This document shows, piece after piece, positions 25,697 through 36,725 of a DNA stretch of 46,504 nucleotides. This DNA is from Deltaproteobacteria bacterium (GTDB taxonomy: Bacteria; Desulfobacterota_D; UBA1144; Nemesobacterales; UBA2774). Each line of letters begins with the position of its first letter. Position 1 is the first letter of the stretch. Under the pieces are notes generated by a model. It made no database searches, had not been told where the DNA came from, and saw only the letters and a list, made by a program, of their open reading frames with translations. Where the stretch lies: the NCBI GenBank assembly GCA_029262255.1, contig JAJCZT010000017.1, positions 1 to 46,504 on the forward strand, given 5' to 3'. The position numbers and the translations under genes were made by a program.

Positions 25697-28600
25697 ATGC
25701 CTAAACGTACAGATATCGAAACCATACTCCTAGTCGGCTCAGGGCCTATAGTAATAGGGCAAGCGTGTGAGTTTGACTATTCCGGTACCCAAGCGTGTAA
25801 AGCGCTTAAAGAAGAGGGTTACAGGATAGTTCTTGTAAACAGCAATCCTGCGACAATTATGACCGACCCTGCTTTTGCTGACCGTACCTATATCGAACCC
25901 CTCCATCCTGATATTGTTGAAAAAATCATCGAAAAAGAACGCCCCCAGGCACTGCTGCCAACTCTTGGAGGTCAAACAGCGCTAAACATTGCCGTTGATC
26001 TTGCCGAGTCCGGTGTGCTGGAGAAATACGGGGTTGAATTAATCGGGGCAAAATTGCCCGCTATAAAAAAAGCTGAAAACCGTGAGCTTTTTAAAGACGC
26101 AATGATAAAAATAGGACTTCAAGTTCCCACGAGTGGCATAGCTCATTCAATGCAGGAGGCTTGGGAAGTAGTAGAAGAGATAGGCTATCCGGTTATAATC
26201 AGGCCTTCTTTTACGCTCGGCGGCGCAGGCGGAAGCGTTGCTTATAACAAAGAAGAGTATGGGGAATTCGCAAAGTCGGGGCTCGATCTAAGCCCGTCTA
26301 CCGAAATACTGGTAGAGCAGTCCGTTGTCGGATGGAAGGAGTATGAGCTTGAGGTAATGCGTGACACGGCGGACAATGTCGTAATCATCTGCTCCATAGA
26401 GAATTTTGATCCCATGGGTGTTCATACCGGGGACAGTATAACCGTAGCCCCTTCACAAACCCTTACAGATAAAGAGTATCAAAGGATGCGTGACGCATCG
26501 ATCGCTATCATTAGAGAAATCGGGGTCGATACAGGCGGATCAAACATACAGTTTGGTCTAAACCCTGAAGACGGCACTATGGTGGTGATAGAGATGAATC
26601 CCAGGGTCTCAAGGAGTTCAGCACTCGCCTCAAAAGCAACGGGATTCCCAATAGCCAAGATTGCGGCCAAGCTCGCGGTTGGTTACACGCTGGATGAAAT
26701 ATCTAACGATATAACCAGATATACCCCCGCGTCATTTGAGCCGACAATTGATTATGTGGTTACTAAAATTCCCAGGTTTACCTTTGAAAAGTTCCCTCAA
26801 ACCGACTCCTCTCTTACTACACAGATGAAATCTGTCGGAGAAGTAATGGCAATAGGCAGGACCTTTAAGGAATCTTTTCAAAAAGCGCTCCGCTCACTAG
26901 AGATTGACTCCTGGGGTTTTGAACCAAGAACCCGGGACCCGGAATTAATAAGGGGAAAATTAAGAATCCCTAACGCTGAGAGGGTATGGTATCTGGCAGA
27001 TGCCTTTAGGGTTGGAATGGATATAGAAGAAATATTTAACCTGACATATATAGACAGATGGTTTTTACAAAATTTAAAGCAAATACTAGATCTTGAGGAT
27101 AGACTTAAAGAGACTAACGCTCAGAGCGATTTGGACTTACTTAAGCTCGCAAAAGAATACGGATTCTCAGATATCCGAATTGGCGAGCTTCTGGGAAAAT
27201 CTGAGGATGAAGTAAGAGACTTAAGATTAAAAAACAATATAAAGCCGGTTTACAAGATGGTCGATACCTGTGCTGCCGAGTTTGAGGCCTACACTCCATA
27301 TCTTTATTCAACTTATGAAATGGAGAATGAGGCCCCCCCAACTGATAATAAGAAAGTGATAATTCTGGGCGGCGGTCCAAATAGAATCGGTCAGGGAATT
27401 GAGTTTGATTACTGCTGCGTTCACGCCTCATATGCTTTAAATGAAGAGGGGTTTGAATCAATTATGGTGAACTGCAACCCGGAGACGGTAAGTACGGATT
27501 ATGACACGTCGGACCGCCTTTACTTCGAACCCCTTACTCTAGAAGATACTTTATCAATAATTGAGAGGGAAAACCCTTGGGGCGTCATTGTACAACTGGG
27601 GGGGCAGACCCCTCTTAAACTCGCGATCCCACTTGAGAAACGAGGAGTGCGGATAATTGGAACATCCCCTGACAGTATTGATCTTGCTGAAGACAGAGAA
27701 AGGTTCAGAGATTTGGTCCAGGAACTGGGGCTCAAGCAGCCACAAAGCGGTATTGCCAGGAGCCAGGAAGAAGCCCTCCAAATAGCTAAGGAAATTGGCT
27801 ACCCTGTGGTGGTAAGGCCTTCTTATGTTCTTGGGGGCCGGGCCATGGAGATTGTATACAAAGAGCAAGCGCTTAAAAAATATATGAATGAGGCGGTTAG
27901 GGTCTCTCCAAACCATCCTATCCTAATAGATAAATTTCTTAAAGACGCAAAAGAGGTAGATGTAGATGCCATATGTGATGGGGAAACGGTCGTTGTCGGA
28001 GGAGTTTTAGAGCATATAGAGGAAGCCGGGGTTCATTCCGGAGACAGCGCAATGGTGCTCCCGCCGTTTTCAATTGAGAGTCCGGTAATTGAAGAGATTA
28101 AACGTCAGACCAGTGAGCTTGCTCTAGCTCTAAAGGTTAGGGGTCTGGTAAATATACAATTCGCTGTTAAAGAGAACGAAGTTTATTTAATCGAAGTCAA
28201 TCCCAGGGCGAGTCGTACAGTTCCGTTTGTTAGTAAAGCCATCGGAGTCCCTCTTGCGAAACTCGGCACTAAAGTCATGATAGGAAAAACCCTGGAAGAG
28301 CTCGGGTTTACCCGGGAAATAGTCCCGGATCATATATGCATAAAGGAATCGGTTTTTCCTTTTATCAAATTCCAGGGTGTTGATACGATACTTGGGCCTG
28401 AAATGAAGTCCACTGGTGAAGTGATGGGGATAGATACCGAAATAAGAAAAGCGTTCGCAAAATCTCAGATTGCCGCGGGGAATGATCTCCCGGTTTCAGG
28501 AACGGCATTTATAAGCGTAAAGGACGAAGATAAACCCCAGGCCTGCTTAATAGCCAAGAAACTGACGGAACTCGGGTTTAAAATAATGGCGACAAGCGGT

Positions 28601-28888
28601 ACGGCAGCTTATTTTGAGAACTCCGGGGTGAACTGCACTTTTGTAAAAAAGGTACAAGAAGGTAGACCGCACGTTGTAGATCATATTAAAAACGGAGAAG
28701 TTCAGCTAGTTATCAATACGACTTTTGGGGAAAATGAGGTCGCCCAGTCTTTCTCGATCAGAAGAGGGTCCATTATTCATAGGGTCCCTTATTTTACTAC
28801 TATAGCGGCCTCCAGAGCTGTTGTGGGAGCTATTGAAGTGATGATAAAGGAAGGGCTGGACGTAAAAGCTATTCAGGACTACTATTGA
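25697..28888 (+). CDS. carB: carbamoyl-phosphate synthase large subunit
   Basis: The 1063-aa protein starts [33 protein letters not shown]. It has duplicated ATP-grasp halves (the second starts [22 protein letters not shown]) and a C-terminal MGS-like domain. Confidence 0.97.
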   Translation: MPKRTDIETILLVGSGPIVIGQACEFDYSGTQACKALKEEGYRIVLVNSNPATIMTDPAFADRTYIEPLHPDIVEKIIEKERPQALLPTLGGQTALNIAVDLAESGVLEKYGVELIGAKLPAIKKAENRELFKDAMIKIGLQVPTSGIAHSMQEAWEVVEEIGYPVIIRPSFTLGGAGGSVAYNKEEYGEFAKSGLDLSPSTEILVEQSVVGWKEYELEVMRDTADNVVIICSIENFDPMGVHTGDSITVAPSQTLTDKEYQRMRDASIAIIREIGVDTGGSNIQFGLNPEDGTMVVIEMNPRVSRSSALASKATGFPIAKIAAKLAVGYTLDEISNDITRYTPASFEPTIDYVVTKIPRFTFEKFPQTDSSLTTQMKSVGEVMAIGRTFKESFQKALRSLEIDSWGFEPRTRDPELIRGKLRIPNAERVWYLADAFRVGMDIEEIFNLTYIDRWFLQNLKQILDLEDRLKETNAQSDLDLLKLAKEYGFSDIRIGELLGKSEDEVRDLRLKNNIKPVYKMVDTCAAEFEAYTPYLYSTYEMENEAPPTDNKKVIILGGGPNRIGQGIEFDYCCVHASYALNEEGFESIMVNCNPETVSTDYDTSDRLYFEPLTLEDTLSIIERENPWGVIVQLGGQTPLKLAIPLEKRGVRIIGTSPDSIDLAEDRERFRDLVQELGLKQPQSGIARSQEEALQIAKEIGYPVVVRPSYVLGGRAMEIVYKEQALKKYMNEAVRVSPNHPILIDKFLKDAKEVDVDAICDGETVVVGGVLEHIEEAGVHSGDSAMVLPPFSIESPVIEEIKRQTSELALALKVRGLVNIQFAVKENEVYLIEVNPRASRTVPFVSKAIGVPLAKLGTKVMIGKTLEELGFTREIVPDHICIKESVFPFIKFQGVDTILGPEMKSTGEVMGIDTEIRKAFAKSQIAAGNDLPVSGTAFISVKDEDKPQACLIAKKLTELGFKIMATSGTAAYFENSGVNCTFVKKVQEGRPHVVDHIKNGEVQLVINTTFGENEVAQSFSIRRGSIIHRVPYFTTIAASRAVVGAIEVMIKEGLDVKAIQDYY

Positions 28889-28958
28889 TGCTGTATAATT
28901 ATTGTTGTTCTTTAAAGTTTGGAATAATTTTTGACAGATACAATTGGAGGTATACATA

Positions 28959-29435
28959 GTGTCAATTGAAAGAGTTCCGATGACACCCGGTGGGCATAAG
29001 AAACTACAGGAGGAACTACACCGCTTAAAAACTGTAGAAAGACCCGAGGTAATAAGACTAATCGAATACGCCAGATCGCTCGGTGATCTATCTGAGAACG
29101 CTGAATATGAAACGGCAAAGAACAGACAATCTTTTGTTGAAGGCCGGATTCAGGAGCTTGATAGCAAATTAAGCAGGGCTGAAATTATTGATCCTGCTAA
29201 GTTGAAAAATAAAGACAGAGTAACTTTTGGGCTTTATGTTAAACTTGAAGATCTAGACACCGGTGAGACCGTAACCTATCAACTTGTAGGGCCTGATGAG
29301 TCGGAGCCTGAAAATGGCATGATCTCGATCACCTCTCCTATAGGGCGCGCACTTATTGGAAAACAGGTGGATGAGGAAGCCGTAGTCCGGGCGCCCGGAG
29401 GAATCAGGGAATTTCTCGTCTTGGATATTTCATAG
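28959..29435 (+). CDS. greA: transcription elongation factor GreA
   Basis: PMTPGGHKKLQEEL and GDLSENAEYETAK are present. The start is set at GTG 28959, with GGAGG 8 nt upstream; the ORF-track TTG at 28944 overlaps that Shine-Dalgarno. Confidence 0.9.
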   Translation: MSIERVPMTPGGHKKLQEELHRLKTVERPEVIRLIEYARSLGDLSENAEYETAKNRQSFVEGRIQELDSKLSRAEIIDPAKLKNKDRVTFGLYVKLEDLDTGETVTYQLVGPDESEPENGMISITSPIGRALIGKQVDEEAVVRAPGGIREFLVLDIS

Positions 29436-29514
29436 AATAAGCCGCAGTATCTTTATGAAGTGTATTAAGTATGATATTTTATACTACTTGTTTTACACGG
29501 AGGACGAAACATAA

Positions 29515-30054
29515 ATGAAGAAGAAAAAGAGTTTAAAGGGTTTAATGATATACTTTCTGGTTCCACTCGCTTTTTTTGCTTTTGCTCTTTCAGGTTGCGG
29601 AGAAATTAAAACCACTTCTTATTTCACTCCGACCAAGACTAAACTAAAGGACTTCCAGGCCGTTCAGTTTGAAAACTTTGAAACCGAGATAGAGGATTTC
29701 CCTAAAGAGGCTCTAGCTAAAATACCTGCGGCATCCGCGGTACTACTGGATTCCAAAGACAAATTTAAAGAGGTTAGCAACTCCGATATCACCAATATTC
29801 CAGCATCTGAAACGGTTATAGTCTTAGGAGAAGTCGCGGAGTACAGACCTAGCTCAGATGTGTCATTTGAAGGTGGGGGAATTAAATTCGGCGAAGTTTC
29901 AATCACGATTAAGTTGGCGTTTTTGGACAAAGCTACTGGAAATGAGATAACTACCGGTGAGATAAACGGTTTTAGCTCTATGGGGTTTATGGCAAAAGAC
30001 ATCTATGAAAGCATGGCGAAGGAGATTGTGAAGTATATGTTGGAAATTTATTAA
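29515..30054 (+). CDS. lipoprotein, function unknown
   Basis: A signal peptide with the lipobox ALSGC is present, and GGAGGA lies upstream. Confidence 0.65.
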   Translation: MKKKKSLKGLMIYFLVPLAFFAFALSGCGEIKTTSYFTPTKTKLKDFQAVQFENFETEIEDFPKEALAKIPAASAVLLDSKDKFKEVSNSDITNIPASETVIVLGEVAEYRPSSDVSFEGGGIKFGEVSITIKLAFLDKATGNEITTGEINGFSSMGFMAKDIYESMAKEIVKYMLEIY

Positions 30055-30104
30055 GATAAAATTTTACCTGAATTTATAAACTGTAGATCGACTAGGAGGG
30101 ATAG

Positions 30105-31112
30105 ATGAGAAGTTTAATACTGGGTTTATTATTACTTCCAATTACGATTACTGCTGTTCAGCTTGAAAGTACTGTTGCGGTTGCCCAAACTCAGGCTGCC
30201 CAAGATTACAACAAGGGCAGGGAGGCGTTCCTTCGTTTTACTCCACAGGGATTTGACAGCGCTATTGCCTTTTATAACAAAGCCATTGCAGCCGATCCTA
30301 ACTATGCCCCTGCATACGCCGGGCTTGGAGAACTATACTCTTTCCGGGGTTTTTACAGATATGAAGTGAAAGAAGATTACGAGCAATATTATATTGATTC
30401 TTATAAGAATATGAAAAAGGCTCTAAGTATTAATCCGAATCTGGAGTCGGTTCAGCTCGCATTGGCTTATACCTATCTTCATCTAAGCGACGAAAAATAT
30501 GCAAATATCACTGCGCAGGGAATTCTGGCCAAGAACCCTAATAATGCAGAGGCGCTTTACATCTTATGGTCGGCTAAGGGGCAGAAACCTAACAGTCCCG
30601 AAATTAGAAAAGCTTTAGAATTAAATCCCAATTTGGTTCCCGCTCTAATTGGTTTGGGAACAGCTTATTATAAAAAACACCGCTCTTTCAATCAGGCTGC
30701 GAACTATTATAGCAGGGCTGCTGAAATTGCGCCTTCTCCGCAACTTTATAACTATCTAGGAACGGCTCTAACCTATCAGGGGTATTACACTCAAGCTGTC
30801 AATAAGTTTCAAAAAGCTATTGAACTTGATCCCAAATACGCCTCCGCGTATAGGAATATGGGTATTGCATATTATTATATGAACAGGGTAAAAGATTCTG
30901 TGGCTGCTCAACAAAGAGCGATTGCGCTCAATCCCAATAGCCCTGAAGCCTTTTTCTTTATTGCCCAGAGCTACGATAAGGGAAAGAACCCCGCGCAGGC
31001 CATAAGCTATTATAATCAATTTCTAACCCTTGTTTCGGGTCAAGATCAATATAGAACCTATGTTTCTACGGCAAAGCAAAGAATTGCCGCGCTAGGTGGC
31101 ACAAGTCGGTAA
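30105..31112 (+). CDS. secreted tetratricopeptide (TPR) repeat protein
   Basis: A signal peptide is followed by repeated A..Y.kAl.l.Pn.a.a units (AIAADPNYAPAYAGLG, ALELNPNLVPALIGLG, AIELDPKYASAYRNMG, AIALNPNSPEAFF). Confidence 0.8.
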   Translation: MRSLILGLLLLPITITAVQLESTVAVAQTQAAQDYNKGREAFLRFTPQGFDSAIAFYNKAIAADPNYAPAYAGLGELYSFRGFYRYEVKEDYEQYYIDSYKNMKKALSINPNLESVQLALAYTYLHLSDEKYANITAQGILAKNPNNAEALYILWSAKGQKPNSPEIRKALELNPNLVPALIGLGTAYYKKHRSFNQAANYYSRAAEIAPSPQLYNYLGTALTYQGYYTQAVNKFQKAIELDPKYASAYRNMGIAYYYMNRVKDSVAAQQRAIALNPNSPEAFFFIAQSYDKGKNPAQAISYYNQFLTLVSGQDQYRTYVSTAKQRIAALGGTSR

Positions 31113-31157
31113 CTAGTCGCTTTAATTTGTGAAGAGTTCTGGCTGGTCGGAGCATTC

Positions 31158-31493
31158 ATGCAAAAAATAACGGATCAATCCGAATTAATTGATTTGTCGT
31201 TTGCCATGGAATCAAGCGCCAGTCTATGGAATATTATCTTTGAAGGGTTTGATCAGGAAGTAGTGCTTGTCTCAAAATTTACCGCTAAAGAGCCCGGAGT
31301 TGTAAACACTCTTTATCGCTTTGGCTTTTTGGTAGGGGAAAGATACAAGAACTGCAAAGTAGAGCCTAAAAATTCAGGGATTGAAATAAGAAAATCTCTT
31401 GCTGAGAATGATGTGACCCTGGTTGGTGAATGGACTGATCTCATGGAGAGTGTTCGTGAAGAGATGAACAAGTGTATGCCAAGCACTCAGTAA
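31158..31493 (+). CDS. hypothetical protein
   Basis: This is a 111-aa ORF with no recognisable motif. Coding status is inferred only from length and position. Confidence 0.45.
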   Translation: MQKITDQSELIDLSFAMESSASLWNIIFEGFDQEVVLVSKFTAKEPGVVNTLYRFGFLVGERYKNCKVEPKNSGIEIRKSLAENDVTLVGEWTDLMESVREEMNKCMPSTQ

Positions 31494-31512
31494 AACTACT
31501 TATGCCCTGAAG

Positions 31513-32313
31513 TTAAATCGCACTCACGTCTCCCGCAATTACCTTATTTATTTCGCCGTCATCTGTTTTAACCAGCAAATAACCTTCGTCGTCAATACCC
31601 AATGCCGTTGCCTCAAACTCTGGTTCCCCTTCTACATTGACCCGTACCCTTTTATTTAAATCTCCCCATTCATCCGTCCATTCTCTTAGAATGGCTTTTT
31701 TCCCTTTACTTCTGAATATTTGATACCATTTTTCTAATTCAAGCAACAAATCGGCTGTAAACTTTGCTCTGTCTATATCTTTGCCCAGATTCTCTTTAAT
31801 CGATGTTGCAATTCTTGCAACCTTGCCCATTTCCTTATCAATAGAATCTCTGGACATATTTATATTGATGCCGATTCCTACAACTATAAAATCAACCATT
31901 GCTCTCTTGGAGCGCATTTCAGTGAGTACCCCGGCAACCTTTTTCCCGTCTATTTGTATATCGTTTGGCCATTTAATTTTTGTGCTTGTTACCCCGATTC
32001 TCTCTATTGTCTCTTTAAGAGCGATTGAGGCAAGAAAAGTAAACAGGGGGGAATCAGTGGCTACAATCTCCGGGCGGAAGAGGATTGAAATATACAAATT
32101 AGCTCCTGCAGGAGATATCCATGTGCGCTCAAGCCTTCCTTTTCCCTCTGTCTGCTTGTCAGCTATAACCACTGTTCCTTCAGAAGCTCCTTTTTCACCA
32201 AGCCCTATTAGTTCGGTATTCGTCGATCCCATCTCTTCTTGGTAATGGATCACTTTTCCAAGGCTCTGAGTTCTGAGTAAACCGTTTAACTTTCTAATCA
32301 TGGTAGATGTCAT
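31513..32313 (-). CDS. birA: biotin--[acetyl-CoA-carboxylase] ligase, group I (no N-terminal HTH)
   Basis: QTEGKGRLERTWISPAGANLYISILF is the GRGRxGRxW-type biotin loop, and KWPNDI is present. The 266-aa protein begins directly with the catalytic domain. Confidence 0.85.
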   Translation of the reverse strand: MTSTMIRKLNGLLRTQSLGKVIHYQEEMGSTNTELIGLGEKGASEGTVVIADKQTEGKGRLERTWISPAGANLYISILFRPEIVATDSPLFTFLASIALKETIERIGVTSTKIKWPNDIQIDGKKVAGVLTEMRSKRAMVDFIVVGIGININMSRDSIDKEMGKVARIATSIKENLGKDIDRAKFTADLLLELEKWYQIFRSKGKKAILREWTDEWGDLNKRVRVNVEGEPEFEATALGIDDEGYLLVKTDDGEINKVIAGDVSAI

Positions 32314-32471
32314 AACAGTATCCTCTGCTTCTTTTGTTATTTTTTATTCTAACCGCTTGAAAGAATAATAGAACCGGATTGTATGGATTTTGAATTGTGC
32401 TGGAAAATGAAGGATTAATCCTTATACTTCTAACTCATTAAAATTCACTGAATATTGAGAGAAAAAATAAT

Positions 32472-32879
32472 ATGATAAATAAGGGTATTCTGGTTTCAGT
32501 TCTGCTTATTGTTTGCGCCTTCCCGCTGATTAATAGCTTGGGTGAAGAAGTAAGCCCCGTTAACAGTTCTGATGAATTTGTAGAGGTTACAATTGATGAG
32601 CTGGTATCAGATCCCAAGACCTATAACGGTCAGAGAGTAATGCTCGAGGGGTTTGTAGACAAGGTTGAATATACAAAATCCAGTAAAGGAGAGCCGTTTA
32701 CGCTCTTTAGAATGAATGACGGCAATGATAATGAAGTTAGGGTTTATTATGAGGATGAACATTTGTCATTATCAAATGGGGATAAAGTAAAAATCAAAGG
32801 ACGGTACAAAAAGGAAAAAAAATATCTCCTCTATAAGATTAAAAATGTAATCAAGGCAAGAACTGTTGAGGAAATATAG
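32472..32879 (+). CDS. secreted hypothetical protein (possibly OB-fold-like)
   Basis: It has a signal peptide. The OB-fold suggestion rests only on the sequence pattern (GQRVMLEGFVDKVEY...VKIKGRYKKE). Confidence 0.55.
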   Translation: MINKGILVSVLLIVCAFPLINSLGEEVSPVNSSDEFVEVTIDELVSDPKTYNGQRVMLEGFVDKVEYTKSSKGEPFTLFRMNDGNDNEVRVYYEDEHLSLSNGDKVKIKGRYKKEKKYLLYKIKNVIKARTVEEI

Positions 32880-32980
32880 TATAAATTACCCTTAGTTTTG
32901 CGAGCGCTGGTCACTAAAACAGTCAAATTTGCAACTTTTCTACTTTAAAAACCGTTAAATACTCATATACTATCTTTTGT

Positions 32981-35900
32981 ATGACCTTCCTTGGTAGCGG
33001 TTTAAGAAAATTCCTCATTCTGGCAGTAATAATAATATGCGTGATATTAATCGCTCTAAACATTGTTTTAAACATTAAATTAAGAGCTGACATCACAACT
33101 TTTATTGAGCAATTCTCAAGTGAGAGCGGCTACCGGATAGGGGTTGGGAAGATTGGTTTGGATCTCCTGTTTAGATTGCAATTAGACAAAGTCACTCTCT
33201 TGGATCCCGCCTCAGATACGAAAGATGTATTGGATATAGATCAGATAACAGTAAAGCCTCTTCTTTTTTCCTCACTTATTAGCCAGAGGATCAAACTCGG
33301 TGAGATAGTTCTAAATGGTCCTTCCTTTCAATCAGGAGAGGAGAACATGCAAAATCTCATTGATTTTATTAAATCAAAAAGAGAAGAAAGCAAACAAGGC
33401 GAGCCTTCCCTGGTTGAATTTGGTCTGATTAAAATACTAAATGCGAAGTTTCAAATTACACCTGAATTTTCTCTTTCAAGTTCCAACTTAACTATTAAGT
33501 TTGGTAATGAGAGGGCTCAGAAAAATCAGGAAATTAAAGTTGACGGCAATATCGGTTTTCTACAAAAAGAATTTGCCCTCAATGGCTTCCTTGTTGTGTC
33601 TTCTGAGAAAACAACCGGAGACTTCAAACTTCAAGTTGATAAAATAAATGCCGCCCCTGTTTCATCTTTAATTGACGGAGCGGACGAATTAAATGCAGTA
33701 TCAGAATTGAGTTTTGAGATCTCTGAATTAATCCAAGCTAGCGGACAATTAACATTTAACTCTAACAAAGGAAGATATAGTAAAAGTCCGCTGGCAATAA
33801 TTAACTACGATTTGATATATGATAAGTCAAAAGATACGGCTAACTTAAATTCTTTTGATTTCGAAGTAGGTCATATCCTCAAAGGCTCATTTGCAGGTGA
33901 TATAGAGAAGGTTACGGATGAAGTTGTCTTCAATCTCGCCGGCAATACAGAGCCCCTGAACTTAAAAGACTTTATGGATCAAATTTCAGGAGATGATAAG
34001 GACTTACTTTCGGGCGAGCTTGCTAGTAGAGATCTAAAAGTAACAGGGTCAAGGGCAAAAGACGATGTCAAAATAAGCGGCTACGCACTTGTGGACGGAT
34101 TTATATTTAATCCCGAGCAAGACGATACTCCAAAAGTTAAAAATGTAGGCTGCAAACTGAATTTTAGACAGCACCTGAATCTCTCAAACGGTTTTTCACT
34201 TTCGTCTAACGGGAATTGTACAGTAGAGGAGTTCTTGTGGGATAAGACCGGGGAAATAAAGCTTATCGCCTCCCACGTGAATTTGATCTCTAAAAACAAT
34301 TGGACCGATAACAAAATCTCCTTATCAAATTTAAAGGGCGAATTTATGGACGGTAGCGCCGCGGGCAGTCTGAATTTTATTTTGGCAAACGGATTTGGGG
34401 GAGGGATTACAAAGCTCAGTGGTAATATTGAAGGTCAGAATTTAAATCTCAAAAAGACTCCTAAAACCATTATCCCCGCAAACATAGAAGGGAATGCCCA
34501 AACTGCTACGGCAAAGTTTGAAGGAGGATCAAGTAACTATAAAGCCGATATTTCGCTTACTGTTAATAATTTTGTCCTTAAATCCAACAAGGGAAGAGAG
34601 GTCAGGATTTCTCAAGTGCAAACGAGCGACTTAATAGATTTTGAATATAAAACTACAGATATTGAAAGGGAGGGAGCTGCGAGTTTGACTGAAGATAAAA
34701 TAATTATCAACGGCAAAGGACTGAAATATAAGGGGTTGTCATTTGAAGAATATTTTATCGATAGAGGAAATGTTGAGGCTTTAGCATTCTTGTTAGATCT
34801 CACTCAAGATAGATGGAAACTGAATATGTCCTCAAACGGGTCTGACTTTAACATTCTTGGTTACGATGTATCACTTAAGCGATTTAAGGAAAGTCTTAGT
34901 ATAGAGAATAGCGGAAGGGAAGGTTTTCGGGGAAAGATTGACGGAACCGGCGGTCGGTATAAGAGCATGGATTTCCCCAAACTCTCGTGGGATTATAATT
35001 TTATAAACGATAGAATAGTAGTTTCAAATGTAAGCGCCCTCCTCAGCACACTGGGTGAATTCAAAACGGATAATCTCTACATCCATATGGGAGAGCAGAT
35101 TGGAGGGTATCCGTATAGGATAGAGTTTGATGACGGCACATTTGTAGGATTTGAGGATAAGTTAAAATCCGAGGGCATCCACGGAAGCTTTATTGTCAAT
35201 AGCCCTGGAGGCAGCAATCAGCAATGGCAGGGCAGGGTTAGTGTTAAAAAGACCTCTATTTTATCTGCGGTCATAGACAATATCTCTAACCAAATTAGTC
35301 CTTCCCCTCGTGGAATTAAGCTTGAGAACATAACAGGCGAGTTTCTGGGCGGAGATATAAGCGGCAAGATCGATATTGATACGACTAAGTCCCCTTCGGG
35401 AATAGATACGGATTTAAAACTCTTGCACGCTTTGATCGACTCAGATGGTCTAAGCATTAAATTAAATGAATCTGACCTCCATTTCTCGGGAACACTACCC
35501 AATGATTCTTTGCCTGAGGGAGTGGGCAATTTAGAGTTTAAAAATATCGGTATTGAGAAAGAAGGGATAACTTCCACACTAAAAGCGAATATTAAGGCCA
35601 GGACGGTTGCTGAAACCTTATATATAGAAAAAGGGTTTATAAAAGGTAGCGCTGACCAGGAGATAGGGTTTACTGCAGAGATGGATAATTCACTTAACGA
35701 AGCTCGAACATTGAGGGTCAATTTTCCCGAGGTGGCTGTGTCAGACGCTATCGGGGTTTTATCCCCGTTTATTGCTGAGGAATTCAGAAATGCCAAGTCT
35801 ATGGGCTATGCTGGTTTGGACCTGGTTTTCCACAACCTCTTCTATCCCCAGGGCAAATGGAACGGTAAGTTGAGTTTAAGGAACGGGTCTTTTGTAGGAG

Positions 35901-36712
35901 ATTATGCGGGGGCGCCGCTGTCCATTAAGGATGTAAATGGGACGATCACCCTAAAGGATGAGGTTAGCTCGGAAAATCCTTTAGCGTCACTGATGGGCGA
36001 GCAATTAAAATTAAGTAAAAGTGTATTTGGAAAGTTCTTAAGGTCCTTTAAGGAGGCCAATCTGGAACCGGATTTGGATTTTCTAAGTATTAAAGAAGTA
36101 GAATACGGAATCCTAAAGTTTGAGGATGTAGAATGCGCACTCGAAGTTGATAGGCAAAAGTTAAACCTGAGAAGACTTATTTCTAAATTCTTTAGGGGGA
36201 ATTTATTCGGCGCGGGCTTGTTAAAATTTAATGCTGACCGAAGTAATTACAATCTTTCCCTCCTGTTTGATGAGATTAGTCTTGAGGGAATATCAAACAA
36301 GATTTCACCTGTAAGTGAATATATAACCGGCAGGGTAAACGGACTTGTTTGGTTAACAGGCGAAGGGGCGGAGTTAGATACCGTAGATGGGCCGTTTAAG
36401 TTCTGGTCCAAGAAATCAAACAAAGAGCCGAGAAAAATCGGCAAAGCGCTTTTGGATCAATTAGGAGCAAAGGAAAGGTTGATCTTAGGTTCCACCCGCG
36501 GATATGATAACGGTAATATTTCAGGTTATATTAATGGTGGTTTGATTACGTTTAAAGAATTTGATCTTTCAAACAGCATATTAGGGATGAGAAACTTGTC
36601 GATCCAGGCCGACCCTGTAAGGAACTCGATTACTATTGCGCACCTTATTTCAGTAGCAAGAGAGTTAGCAAGGCGCTCAGAGACCGGTGGGCCTACGATT
36701 GAAACAAATTAG
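32981..36712 (+). CDS. large N-anchored AsmA-like / YdbH-like envelope-spanning protein
   Basis: The 1243-aa protein has a single N-terminal TM segment (FLILAVIIICVILIALNIVL), then a long beta-rich, Asn/Ser/Gly-rich body without other domains. Its C-terminal region resembles AsmA/YdbH ends (GRVNGLVWLTGEG...). It is followed by a DUF1318(YdbL)-like gene, as in E. coli ydbH-ynbE-ydbL. Confidence 0.6.
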   Translation: MTFLGSGLRKFLILAVIIICVILIALNIVLNIKLRADITTFIEQFSSESGYRIGVGKIGLDLLFRLQLDKVTLLDPASDTKDVLDIDQITVKPLLFSSLISQRIKLGEIVLNGPSFQSGEENMQNLIDFIKSKREESKQGEPSLVEFGLIKILNAKFQITPEFSLSSSNLTIKFGNERAQKNQEIKVDGNIGFLQKEFALNGFLVVSSEKTTGDFKLQVDKINAAPVSSLIDGADELNAVSELSFEISELIQASGQLTFNSNKGRYSKSPLAIINYDLIYDKSKDTANLNSFDFEVGHILKGSFAGDIEKVTDEVVFNLAGNTEPLNLKDFMDQISGDDKDLLSGELASRDLKVTGSRAKDDVKISGYALVDGFIFNPEQDDTPKVKNVGCKLNFRQHLNLSNGFSLSSNGNCTVEEFLWDKTGEIKLIASHVNLISKNNWTDNKISLSNLKGEFMDGSAAGSLNFILANGFGGGITKLSGNIEGQNLNLKKTPKTIIPANIEGNAQTATAKFEGGSSNYKADISLTVNNFVLKSNKGREVRISQVQTSDLIDFEYKTTDIEREGAASLTEDKIIINGKGLKYKGLSFEEYFIDRGNVEALAFLLDLTQDRWKLNMSSNGSDFNILGYDVSLKRFKESLSIENSGREGFRGKIDGTGGRYKSMDFPKLSWDYNFINDRIVVSNVSALLSTLGEFKTDNLYIHMGEQIGGYPYRIEFDDGTFVGFEDKLKSEGIHGSFIVNSPGGSNQQWQGRVSVKKTSILSAVIDNISNQISPSPRGIKLENITGEFLGGDISGKIDIDTTKSPSGIDTDLKLLHALIDSDGLSIKLNESDLHFSGTLPNDSLPEGVGNLEFKNIGIEKEGITSTLKANIKARTVAETLYIEKGFIKGSADQEIGFTAEMDNSLNEARTLRVNFPEVAVSDAIGVLSPFIAEEFRNAKSMGYAGLDLVFHNLFYPQGKWNGKLSLRNGSFVGDYAGAPLSIKDVNGTITLKDEVSSENPLASLMGEQLKLSKSVFGKFLRSFKEANLEPDLDFLSIKEVEYGILKFEDVECALEVDRQKLNLRRLISKFFRGNLFGAGLLKFNADRSNYNLSLLFDEISLEGISNKISPVSEYITGRVNGLVWLTGEGAELDTVDGPFKFWSKKSNKEPRKIGKALLDQLGAKERLILGSTRGYDNGNISGYINGGLITFKEFDLSNSILGMRNLSIQADPVRNSITIAHLISVARELARRSETGGPTIETN

Positions 36713-36725
36713 CAGAGGTGAAACT

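Noticed and set aside
35218-35796. Long antisense ORFs: 192 aa here, plus 38836-39372 (178 aa), 31781-32245 (154 aa), 1178-1510, 10200-10535, 27554-27916 and 29664-30002
   Set aside because: All lie fully inside, and antisense to, genes with strong motif or signal-peptide support. Their products are Ser/Pro/Leu-rich, as is typical of frame shadows.
36687-36725. Upstream start (36687) for the YdbL-like lipoprotein, overlapping the AsmA-like gene by 26 nt
   Set aside because: ATG 36726 is preceded by an AGAGGTGA Shine-Dalgarno and gives a normal lipoprotein signal peptide. The extension adds a non-signal-like MGLRLKQISRGET.
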